In this document: positions 18,370 through 27,614 of the stretch, one piece after another
How positions within the stretch are numbered: position 1 is the first letter of the stretch
How the letters are laid out: each line of letters opens with the position of its first letter
Origin: a phage
Sequence record: OZ336094.1
Reading direction: 5' to 3' (one strand)
DNA length: 64,000 bases
Notes under the pieces: model-generated
The model's database searches: none
Told to the model about the DNA's origin: nothing
What the model saw: the letters and a program-made list of their open reading frames with translations, nothing else
Program-made: the position numbers and the translations under genes

Positions 18370-21245
18370 TGTCAAGAATTAAGCACAGAATTGACAATGT
18401 TTTTCAACTGATCGATGGACATATTCAGTTCTTAGATCGTAATACAGGTTTAACTGTAGATCCTACAGTGCAACACTATGTATTAAACCCACAAAACGTT
18501 CTAGCTAATAACAGACACTTTATAAACTGGACTGCTCAAGAAGGGCAACCAAACGGGGATGCTACAACAGAAGGTCAATCCGTGCTTATTCTTGGTTGCG
18601 CTTATGCATACCTAGCTTCCGGCGATACAAAGTATTTAGACTCTGCTAAAAAATATTGGCAAGCCTATATAGATTACTTCTTTGGTGGTCAACCTATCCC
18701 AGATCCGCCAGCAAAATATCGCCCTAACTGGATTATTAACGGTAAAGAACCACGTCTTGCACACTATCCTCTTACAGATGATGGCTACCCTACACACGGA
18801 GGTTTTAAGGGTAGCTTAATGACGTGGACTAACGGTAGAACAGTTATTCCTCATGGTGCTCCACATTGGGGAGAATACCTTGATAAAGCATGGTTTGCTT
18901 TTAATGGTAATCTAGGATGGAACTCTGTAAACGCTACAGTATATGCTGTTAATGCAGATGGTACAACAGATTGGTCTAAGAATGGAGATCAATGGGATGT
19001 TGATTGGATCATTGATCGTCTAGGACGTAAGGTTGATTGGGATGGAAATATCTTAGAAGAAGGTTTTCCAACATCTCAATACGGAACAGTTCAACTAAAA
19101 AATACTTCTGTAAACGGTACATATAAATTTAACTACGCGACTTGTAACCCTGTTGAACACGGTGGTTATTTAATGGAGCGTAACACTATGTGGCATAACA
19201 GACCAGTTAACGTTCCGGTAGAAATGGGCTTTCAGGATAATGCGTCAGATGCCGAAACTTGGTGGTGTGATGCTAATTATCTGATGTACCAAATTACAGG
19301 AGAAAGAAAATATTGGTTATGCTGGCAGTCTTCACTGTTAGTGTGTCAAGATTACTCAAACATTGATATGTTTGATAAATTCTTCCGTAAGTCTACATAT
19401 GCAACTATTCCGTTTACAGATGGCATCTCTTATGATTATTCGTATCCGTCTACAGCAATACCTAAATATTCAAGAGATACTTTAGGTTATATTGTTATTA
19501 GACAAGATGTTGCTGCTCAAACAACATTAGAACAGCAAGCCATTTGGTTTAAAGTTGATCAGAACTCTAAGTTACGAGTTCAGTTTCAAGGTGTAGATGA
19601 CGCAGGACATGGTATTCTTTTCCGTCCAGAATTGGAACTAAGTAAGACCAAAGATGAAAATAACACAGTAACTTACCGTTGTGGCTTACCACTGGGTACA
19701 GCTAGTATGACAAGCATGGATATTCCATTATCCAGCTTTATGAGAAGTACCCCTCCGAATGGTGGAACATATATTATCGCAGATCCGCGAATTATTGTTG
19801 ACTGGGGTGACAATACTGTGGTACAATTTAAGTATGTAACAGGTATTGCTGGAACTAATAATGACCAGATTGTTACTGCATCAATGGATACGGATGGTGG
19901 TGTCACTGTTGGTTTTTGGTTAACTCCTACATCAAAAGCTAATGTTAAGTCTATTACATACAGAACATATGAAGATGACTTTAACATGACTATCACGGAT
20001 GCTCAAGGTTGGAGATGGTGGGCTATGCTGCCTAAAACGCAAGGAGCATGGAGTACGAAGACTTTATCAGCTTCTGATTTTCAGTTAAGTGCTTACCAGC
20101 CTAATCATCCAGATACAGATCCTAAACCTTCAGCAATAAATCTTACTGCGGTAGATCAGGTAAATTTAGTTCTTGATACGGCTCCTGTCAATGGTTTAAC
20201 AGGAACAATAGATTTCTATTGTATTAACGATGTACCTGAAAGATATTCATCATCTTCTGGTGATGATTATACCATGTACTTCCGTATCACTGTACAGGCT
20301 TCAAGTCCTCATACTGCTAAGTTAGGTGATTGTACTATTATTGACTATAAGTTAAATAGTCTTAATTACACACCAGGAATAATTCCATTCTCTAATATCA
20401 GTGACCCAAACACTGCATTATACGATGGATGGCGTGGTATTCCATACCCAGGATACCAGTATCCTTCCTTATACTGTTTTGCAGGTAGGGATATTGATTG
20501 GACACGTTTAAACAACAGTATTAATTTCTTGTATGATGCTCAAATGTGGTTTTATAACACGTTTGATCCTGTGATGCCTGGGCCTATGGCACAAGCATAT
20601 GTGTGGGATCGTTGGGATGCAAGAAAATACGGTGAACCTAATACGTTTACAATGAAACACTGGAATGAAAAAGCGTGGGATGGTTATGAAGCTCGTGCAT
20701 TCTACTGTGCTTGTCATGCTGTATACGAACTTGTACAAAGAGGAGAAACACCTCCTGAAAAACTAGTAACTGTTTGTAAAAATTGGATCAACTACCTTAA
20801 ATGGTTCCAAGACAATAATGATGGAAGAACACCAACTATCTTTAATCCAGATGGTACAGTTCTTGCACCTATAGATGACTTTACTAGTCATATGTCTGCA
20901 CTGTTTATGGCGGGTTGTTCAATCATGGGCTTGGCAGGTTATGATTCACAAATTCCAAACATTGGTATTGTAGCAGACAGATGTTTTGATCTGATTCAGC
21001 AAAACTATATTGTGCTTTCCCCTAACCATCCGATGAATGGTTCCTGGAGTGTTGCACCACGCCCAGATTCAGATAACGGAATGTTCTTTGGTTTCCACGC
21101 TGGAGAACTATTACGTGGTTTTGGTTTATATGCCTTGTATCGTAAACTAAACCCTCAAAACGCTTTACCAATTTTGGATAATAGTAACATACCAACACTA
21201 ACTGTTCTAACTATGAATGATATTAGTGTTGATGTAACCAAATAA
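18369..21245 (+). CDS. Large tail-associated protein, possible carbohydrate-active receptor-binding protein
   Basis: 958 aa; Trp/Tyr-rich; N-terminal segment (ILGCAYAYLASGDTKYLDSAKKYWQAY) resembles (alpha/alpha)6-toroid glycosidase/epimerase motifs. Confidence 0.4.
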   Translation: MSRIKHRIDNVFQLIDGHIQFLDRNTGLTVDPTVQHYVLNPQNVLANNRHFINWTAQEGQPNGDATTEGQSVLILGCAYAYLASGDTKYLDSAKKYWQAYIDYFFGGQPIPDPPAKYRPNWIINGKEPRLAHYPLTDDGYPTHGGFKGSLMTWTNGRTVIPHGAPHWGEYLDKAWFAFNGNLGWNSVNATVYAVNADGTTDWSKNGDQWDVDWIIDRLGRKVDWDGNILEEGFPTSQYGTVQLKNTSVNGTYKFNYATCNPVEHGGYLMERNTMWHNRPVNVPVEMGFQDNASDAETWWCDANYLMYQITGERKYWLCWQSSLLVCQDYSNIDMFDKFFRKSTYATIPFTDGISYDYSYPSTAIPKYSRDTLGYIVIRQDVAAQTTLEQQAIWFKVDQNSKLRVQFQGVDDAGHGILFRPELELSKTKDENNTVTYRCGLPLGTASMTSMDIPLSSFMRSTPPNGGTYIIADPRIIVDWGDNTVVQFKYVTGIAGTNNDQIVTASMDTDGGVTVGFWLTPTSKANVKSITYRTYEDDFNMTITDAQGWRWWAMLPKTQGAWSTKTLSASDFQLSAYQPNHPDTDPKPSAINLTAVDQVNLVLDTAPVNGLTGTIDFYCINDVPERYSSSSGDDYTMYFRITVQASSPHTAKLGDCTIIDYKLNSLNYTPGIIPFSNISDPNTALYDGWRGIPYPGYQYPSLYCFAGRDIDWTRLNNSINFLYDAQMWFYNTFDPVMPGPMAQAYVWDRWDARKYGEPNTFTMKHWNEKAWDGYEARAFYCACHAVYELVQRGETPPEKLVTVCKNWINYLKWFQDNNDGRTPTIFNPDGTVLAPIDDFTSHMSALFMAGCSIMGLAGYDSQIPNIGIVADRCFDLIQQNYIVLSPNHPMNGSWSVAPRPDSDNGMFFGFHAGELLRGFGLYALYRKLNPQNALPILDNSNIPTLTVLTMNDISVDVTK

Positions 21246-21253
21246 GGAAAATA

Positions 21254-23329
21254 ATGAAACAGGCTATTTTTACTGTAACTCGAAATACGAGAGTAAATGC
21301 CAGTTCATTCAGCTATAAGACCGTCGATGGAACGGCGGTCGCTGGTAGAGATTATGTAGCTAAACAGGGAACAGTAACGTTCCCTTCTGATGCAGATTCT
21401 GCTACTGTAGTGGTTGATGTATATGAACGTCCGGCAAACTCTTTAGATCTTTATTTTACTCTTGAGATTACTAGCATAAGTCAAAATAACATGATGATCA
21501 ACGAAGAAATTCGTTGTGTTATTACGACTGATCAATCGAATACAACCCCGCTAACTTGGCCTGTTGTGAAGTCTAGAATGTTTGATCCTAAGTTTTGGAC
21601 AATAGATTCTCAAGCAACAGAAAGTTGTTCTATTATCTCTAATGGTGATTCTTTCACAGCAAGAATGGTTAATAGGACAGTGGCTGGTCTTGCTGGGATT
21701 ATTTGGTCAACTTACGATAAATATGATCACAAAGGATTAGGCTACCAAGAACATTCTGACTTAAGTAAAGAGAAACTTTGGTTTAAAATGGAACTTAGTC
21801 AAGGTGTTCCTGGATTAAAAGAAGAAAAATTAATACCATCCTTAACAGTGACACTGAAGGATGAAACAGTTCATTATGTATCTCTAAACTTTTATGCAGA
21901 AGAAGTTTCAGAAGATGGTAAGACAGCAACAATCAAACTAGATTTCTCAAATTTAAAATCTGGGCCAGAAAATGATATTGTTGTTGACACTACACAGATA
22001 GATAATATGTTCTTCTCCTTGATCTCCACAAGGTATCAAGAAATTGAAGATATTATTCCTGTAGACAATGTGGATCTTTCCTTTAAGTTTACCATACTGG
22101 AGCCTGATACTGGTTACAGTATGATGAATATGGGTAATTTAAATGTTCCAGCACACACCATAAGAATGTGTACATCTTATGATGATATGTATAACCTGAC
22201 CCCAGAGCGAGTTATTTCTAACACCTACAGATTAGGTTATAGGGATATGATTAACCATTATAATGGTATGTCACACTATTATCAGTTTAGTTGGGATGCT
22301 GGTTCTAATAAATGGGTTTTGAATAGAACAGAATATTTAAACCCAGCAACAGAAGCATGGTTTGATAATTTCCACGCTAATGCAAAAGCTATGGGCTACA
22401 CAGTAATGAACTCCTTAAGTTTTGAACTTATGAGTACAGTGTGTCCTGTAGAATGGGTTCAACATACTTGGAATGATGATCTGGCTGCTACAGGTTATGA
22501 GCCACCAAGTTATGTTTTATCTCCTTCAATTGATGAAGGGATGAATTATTTACAAGGTGTAATAAATAAGATAGCTTCTATATCCGCTGCCAATGATCTT
22601 CCTGTTATTATTCAGGTTGGTGAACCGTGGTGGTGGTATAACACAGCTACCAATCTACCGTGTATTTATGATTATACAACCAAAGTTGCATTTAATAATG
22701 AAACTGGATTATATGCACAAGATGTTGGTACAGTTAAGAATTATAAAACTGGTACACCATATGATGAATATTATGCATTCCTATCTAAAACATTAGGACT
22801 GCGTGTTGCTAAATTTGCAACAGATACTAGATTAGCATATCCTGGGGCTAAAGTTACATTATTACCATTTGTGCCATCCATTTTAGGTAACGGTATGATG
22901 GAGTTTGTTAACTTCCCTAAAGATTATTATATCCCAGAAAACTTTGACTTTTATTGTTCAGAATGTTATGACTGGTTGTTGGAAGGTCAGATGGAAAGAT
23001 CTTTCGACGCTATTAAAATACCTAATGAGCAACTAGGTTTTAGTTATGATAAGATACATTATCTTGCAGGGTTTGTTCCAGATGCAACTCTAGCACCATT
23101 ATATGGCTTTGATCCTGAATCAGACTACAGAACATATTTGTGGAAAATGATTATAGGTAATATTGTATTGAATGACCAGAAGTTTGTTGGTTTGTATCAA
23201 TACATATGGGCTTATCCACAAATTATGGCAGATTCATTAACTGTTCTTAATTCAAAATCCCAAGTTTTTTATATGGGTAACGTACCTCTGAATGTCTTTT
23301 TACAAGATACAGTATATGTTTCTTCTTAA
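21254..23329 (+). CDS. Tail fibre / receptor-binding-like protein
   Basis: 691 aa; N-terminal Calx-beta-like segment (VAGRDYVAKQGTVTFPSDADSATVVV); Asn/Tyr/Trp-rich C-terminal region. Confidence 0.4.
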   Translation: MKQAIFTVTRNTRVNASSFSYKTVDGTAVAGRDYVAKQGTVTFPSDADSATVVVDVYERPANSLDLYFTLEITSISQNNMMINEEIRCVITTDQSNTTPLTWPVVKSRMFDPKFWTIDSQATESCSIISNGDSFTARMVNRTVAGLAGIIWSTYDKYDHKGLGYQEHSDLSKEKLWFKMELSQGVPGLKEEKLIPSLTVTLKDETVHYVSLNFYAEEVSEDGKTATIKLDFSNLKSGPENDIVVDTTQIDNMFFSLISTRYQEIEDIIPVDNVDLSFKFTILEPDTGYSMMNMGNLNVPAHTIRMCTSYDDMYNLTPERVISNTYRLGYRDMINHYNGMSHYYQFSWDAGSNKWVLNRTEYLNPATEAWFDNFHANAKAMGYTVMNSLSFELMSTVCPVEWVQHTWNDDLAATGYEPPSYVLSPSIDEGMNYLQGVINKIASISAANDLPVIIQVGEPWWWYNTATNLPCIYDYTTKVAFNNETGLYAQDVGTVKNYKTGTPYDEYYAFLSKTLGLRVAKFATDTRLAYPGAKVTLLPFVPSILGNGMMEFVNFPKDYYIPENFDFYCSECYDWLLEGQMERSFDAIKIPNEQLGFSYDKIHYLAGFVPDATLAPLYGFDPESDYRTYLWKMIIGNIVLNDQKFVGLYQYIWAYPQIMADSLTVLNSKSQVFYMGNVPLNVFLQDTVYVSS

Positions 23330-23340
23330 GGATCTCTAGT

Positions 23341-23586
23341 ATGAGAAAATTTTTAATAGGTATGTTTTGTACATATCCTGATAATAAAGTCAGTTCTACT
23401 AAAGTTTGGAATGCTATTGGTATGATTGTTATGTCCAGTATGTTTATTTATTTGGGAATTGATAAAGAAATTCCTGAATGGATGGGTTGGGCTTTTGTTT
23501 TTATGATCACACCATCCAGACTAATGAAGAATTTAATAGATTTACGTTGGGGCAGATCACCTGCCCCTGATAAGGAGGATAACTAA
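23341..23586 (+). CDS. Small membrane protein
   Basis: 81 aa with two hydrophobic helices (GMIVMSSMFIYLGI, WAFVFMI). Confidence 0.35.
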   Translation: MRKFLIGMFCTYPDNKVSSTKVWNAIGMIVMSSMFIYLGIDKEIPEWMGWAFVFMITPSRLMKNLIDLRWGRSPAPDKEDN

Positions 23587-25073
23587 TGGCAGATTATGGT
23601 TTAACAGATGCTGGTTTTGTCATTCCAACGTTTGATGATATTCTAAATAATTATATGACAGCATTGAAAAACACTTTCGGTGCAGATACAGCTACATCTG
23701 AAGATACTGTCTTTGGTCAACTGTTTCGTATTATTGCATATACAGATTACACCCTTTGGGAAGGTATGCAAGGTGTTTACAATACCCAAACCTTAGATGG
23801 TGCAGAAGGTATTTACCTTGATGAAATTTTCTCTAAAAGGGGTTTTTATCGTAAAGCTGCTTCTGCTGGTAGTGGTTATGCTTATGTTAAATCTAACAAT
23901 AAGGCAGCTTGGACTTATGAGCTAAGTACAGATGTTTATTTTAACGCCGATAACGATTTGACATATTATGTCAGTGCACCAACAATGTTGAATGCTAAGA
24001 TTGGAGCATATACCATTTCTAAAGCAAACGCAACAGCTTCTGGTGAAACTTCTATTACTTTCTACATTCAAAGTGCTATTGATGGTGGTCTTAACAGTAA
24101 AACACTAAGTCCTAGCAATACAAACTTTATTTTAGATCTCACGAATTTCATTAAAGCTAACGTATCAACAACAGATCGTGCTTTAGTATGGAATGATGCT
24201 AGTAATGTTTACATGGGTTATAATCCAGAAGATAATGTTAACCCAATAGGTCTAGTAACACCAGTGAAATTTTACGCATCTATTGCAATAGGTACAAAAT
24301 GGAGTGAAATTCCAGTTACGTGTTCAGACGTTGGTTATAATCCAGTAGGTACAGAAAGTATCACAGGTATTTCTTCAACGTTTACAGGCTTTTTAGATAC
24401 AGGTAACTTCTATCCATTCTCTCCAGGTACAGATGTTGAAACAGATGCAGAATTCCGTTCTCGTTTCAATGATAATATGGATGAAGCTAATGCTGCTACT
24501 CGTGCTGCTATTGTTAAAGCTCTGCTACTGACAGATGGTGTGACAAAGGTTAAGATTTATGATAACCCTACATTACATGATCAGGAACATGCTCCAGCTA
24601 TGACATTCCAGACTATTGTGTATGGTGGTACAGCAGAAGAAGTTGCACAGGTTATTTATAATACTAAGCCTATTAACACCCTAACCTATGGTACAACAGC
24701 AATTACTATCGTAACAGAAGATGGTGGTCAAGAAGTAATTCGTTTTTCTCCTGGTGACAATGCTGAATATTCACTTAAACTAGTATATCAAACTGGCAAT
24801 GGTAGTGTGTTAAGTACAACAGAAAGAGAAAATATTGTTTCTGCTCTTTCAAATCTACAGGCTTATTTTGAGTTAGGGTCAACAGTAACTAACGATCAGA
24901 TAAAAGGTGTAATTTATTCTGCACTTGCGTTCGGACGCTTGACTTCTCTCCGTGTTTATGTTAAACTTAATACTGAGGATGACAGTAAATATAATGAGGG
25001 AGATATCACTCCAGCGTACAATGTTGTACCATCCTTTGACCTTGATAATATTTCCTACGAGTACGGAGTCTAA
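23586..25073 (+). CDS. Baseplate J-like protein
   Basis: 495 aa; N-terminus (GLTDAGFVIPTFDDILNNY) typical of baseplate J-family proteins; followed by a gpI-sized ORF and fibre genes. Confidence 0.55.
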   Translation: MADYGLTDAGFVIPTFDDILNNYMTALKNTFGADTATSEDTVFGQLFRIIAYTDYTLWEGMQGVYNTQTLDGAEGIYLDEIFSKRGFYRKAASAGSGYAYVKSNNKAAWTYELSTDVYFNADNDLTYYVSAPTMLNAKIGAYTISKANATASGETSITFYIQSAIDGGLNSKTLSPSNTNFILDLTNFIKANVSTTDRALVWNDASNVYMGYNPEDNVNPIGLVTPVKFYASIAIGTKWSEIPVTCSDVGYNPVGTESITGISSTFTGFLDTGNFYPFSPGTDVETDAEFRSRFNDNMDEANAATRAAIVKALLLTDGVTKVKIYDNPTLHDQEHAPAMTFQTIVYGGTAEEVAQVIYNTKPINTLTYGTTAITIVTEDGGQEVIRFSPGDNAEYSLKLVYQTGNGSVLSTTERENIVSALSNLQAYFELGSTVTNDQIKGVIYSALAFGRLTSLRVYVKLNTEDDSKYNEGDITPAYNVVPSFDLDNISYEYGV

Positions 25074-25075
25074 AA

Positions 25076-25705
25076 ATGGCAGTGAGTGTTGACCATGTGA
25101 CAACGTGGGATAGTATCAATGAAGATGTTAAAGACCTACTGATTGAAGATTTTAAATCTTCTCCGAACATTGTCAAACTACTCTATATCATTTCTAGCGA
25201 AAAACAAAAGATAGATCAGGCAATGATCTATCTTGCCAAACACCGCTTAATCTCTACTGCAACTGGTAAGTATTTAGATCTTATTGGTGAAGAGATGGGG
25301 ATGGAAAGAAATGGTGCTACAGATGAAGAGTATCGTACAATATTAAAAATCAGGGCTTATCGTGTTGCGTCTTCTGGTACGCGAGATGATATCATTGATA
25401 TGTTCGCTCGTTTTACAGGAACAGAAAAAGAAACGATTAATACATACGTTGGATTAAATAAAACATTCGACGTATTCTTTTATAATTTGTGTCTACAATC
25501 CGATCAGGCAGTAGCACAGTTACTTAACGTTTTCCCGATCCTAAGTAGTTATCGCTTAGGTGCGAAAGCGGGTGCAGCCTTTGGTTTCACTTCCTATTAT
25601 GCCACAACTCCACCTCATGGTATAGGTGGTTTAGGTTCTCTTTACACAGAGGCTGAAGGAGATGATACAGGGCGAATGACTATGCTGATAGCTCAAATAG
25701 AATAA
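25076..25705 (+). CDS. Baseplate / tail protein (P2 gpI-like position)
   Basis: 209-aa ORF between the J-like and fibre genes. Confidence 0.35.
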   Translation: MAVSVDHVTTWDSINEDVKDLLIEDFKSSPNIVKLLYIISSEKQKIDQAMIYLAKHRLISTATGKYLDLIGEEMGMERNGATDEEYRTILKIRAYRVASSGTRDDIIDMFARFTGTEKETINTYVGLNKTFDVFFYNLCLQSDQAVAQLLNVFPILSSYRLGAKAGAAFGFTSYYATTPPHGIGGLGSLYTEAEGDDTGRMTMLIAQIE

Positions 25706-25718
25706 GGAGTTACTCTTA

Positions 25719-26702
25719 ATGGCAAAGCCACAATACTACCCTGACTGGGCGACACAAACAGTAACCCTCCCAGGAACGGGAAACACAAACAAGATTAGAC
25801 CAAAAGAAACCATCCGTAATGTTGGTATGGACTTTGGTCAGATTATGACTTGTGAAGAAATGAACTGGATCTTAAACAATATTGGGTCTTGGATTCGCTA
25901 TATGCAAGATGAATTCTTCCCAACATTGCCTACTACATATCTTCCTATAGTCGGTACTAAAATTACAATGGCAGGTGATGCTACAGGTGAAGTTACATGG
26001 AATGGTAATGCTGCTGTAACATTATCTATTCAAGTCGTAGATAACAGCCATAATCACTTATCAGCTAACATTACAGACGCAACATCAAACCAAGTTGTAG
26101 GGAATGTCCTTGTTAAGCGTGATAATGGTGGTGCTATCTATGCAGGTGATATTTATACCTGTGGTACAGGTGCTACAGATCCTGCAACATTATTTTTTAG
26201 AAACTACAACGGACAAACAGTAGGTAATATGTCCTCTGAACCAGGTGCAGGTGGTCAACTCTATATTTATAGAATGAACCCATCAACTGGAGGAACATCT
26301 TGTGCAGTCCGTTTATATGATGCAGGTTATGTTTTAATAGACAATCCTCGTTCTAATTCTGGTCAAGATACTGGCAATGGTAATGCTCTTGTAAGATTAG
26401 ATTATCTTAACTCAAGACTAAACTCATTGCAAAGCACACTGCAAAATAATATTAACAACGTTAATAGTAACTTGCAAGGCCAAATTAATAGCATTAACAA
26501 TAGAGTTTCTTCTGTTGTGTCTGCTATCCGTCTTGGAACACGTATCCAAGCTGGTGTGTCTGAGTCTCGTTTCTATGCTGGTCACGTGATCACAGGTTGG
26601 GGTTTTGGTGACAAGAAAGAACTTCGTGGTGCTTGGTATTGGTCAGCCCCGCTACAATATTATATTAATGGTAGCTGGATAACAGTAACCAACGTTTCGT
26701 AA
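25719..26702 (+). CDS. Tail fibre protein
   Basis: 327 aa; Asn/Ser/Gln-rich heptad-like segment (LNSRLNSLQSTLQNNINNVNSNLQGQINSINNRV); followed by a fibre assembly chaperone gene. Confidence 0.5.
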   Translation: MAKPQYYPDWATQTVTLPGTGNTNKIRPKETIRNVGMDFGQIMTCEEMNWILNNIGSWIRYMQDEFFPTLPTTYLPIVGTKITMAGDATGEVTWNGNAAVTLSIQVVDNSHNHLSANITDATSNQVVGNVLVKRDNGGAIYAGDIYTCGTGATDPATLFFRNYNGQTVGNMSSEPGAGGQLYIYRMNPSTGGTSCAVRLYDAGYVLIDNPRSNSGQDTGNGNALVRLDYLNSRLNSLQSTLQNNINNVNSNLQGQINSINNRVSSVVSAIRLGTRIQAGVSESRFYAGHVITGWGFGDKKELRGAWYWSAPLQYYINGSWITVTNVS

Positions 26703-26711
26703 GGAGAGTCT

Positions 26712-27263
26712 ATGAAAAAAGACGTTATTTTTACAGGTTTTGAATTGTATGAACCAGAATTAACAGAAGAAAATATTCTTTATCTTTCTGTTGGTGGTGG
26801 TTTTTTGCAAGACAAAGATGGTAATGACTGGTATCAGCTTCAAAAAACTTTGATGGTAGAATATCCCGACGCTTATTTTATTACCTTAGATGATAACAAT
26901 ATTGTACGTGGTGCTACTAAAGATGTTACTACCTATTTCCCTGCCGGACAATCTATTTTAGTTACATATAATGTACCAGATAAAATAGAAGATGAAAGTA
27001 ATATTGGCTCTTGGCAATATGTTGAAGGTAAGTTTGTTCCTCACAATAATCTTGCTATTGAAGATGCTACTCTTAGGTTAGAAAAGGAGCTAACTTGGGC
27101 TACGAATCAAGTATCTGCGATTCAAGATTTAGAGGAATTACAAGGTTTATCTGAAGAACAAAAAGATTGGTTAGGAAAAGTTAAACTCTATCGTGCAACA
27201 TTAATTCAAATTAACGTTGAAGATGCACCTAATATAACTTGGCCTACAAGACCTAAGAAATAG
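26712..27263 (+). CDS. Tail fibre assembly protein (Tfa-like chaperone)
   Basis: 183 aa; C-terminal motif ...DWLGKVKLYRATLIQINVEDAPNITWPTRP typical of Tfa chaperones; immediately downstream of a fibre gene. Confidence 0.6.
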   Translation: MKKDVIFTGFELYEPELTEENILYLSVGGGFLQDKDGNDWYQLQKTLMVEYPDAYFITLDDNNIVRGATKDVTTYFPAGQSILVTYNVPDKIEDESNIGSWQYVEGKFVPHNNLAIEDATLRLEKELTWATNQVSAIQDLEELQGLSEEQKDWLGKVKLYRATLIQINVEDAPNITWPTRPKK

Positions 27264-27272
27264 GGGCAATGT

Positions 27273-27614
27273 ATGGAGCTAACAGAAGTATGGGATATCG
27301 CTAAAGAGGCGATTATCCCTCTTATTGGCGTAATCTGGGTGGTCTTCAAACAGAAGATAGATGATATGGCAAGTGATTTGGATAAAATGGAAGACAAATA
27401 CCGCGAACTAGAAAAGAAGTTGGTGTTTGTTGAATCCACTTATGCTACCAAAGCAGAACTTGCTCAAATGCTTAACCAGATCAACTCTACATTAATGGCA
27501 AATAATACTGCCTTAGAACAGAAGATTGAAAAAATAATGGATTTAAAAAATGCTCCTGTTCAATTAATGCTAGAGGAGATTACAAAGCGCACACAAAGTA
27601 AGGACAAAAATTAA
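27273..27614 (+). CDS. Hypothetical membrane-anchored coiled-coil protein
   Basis: 113 aa; N-terminal hydrophobic helix then coiled coil. Confidence 0.35.
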   Translation: MELTEVWDIAKEAIIPLIGVIWVVFKQKIDDMASDLDKMEDKYRELEKKLVFVESTYATKAELAQMLNQINSTLMANNTALEQKIEKIMDLKNAPVQLMLEEITKRTQSKDKN

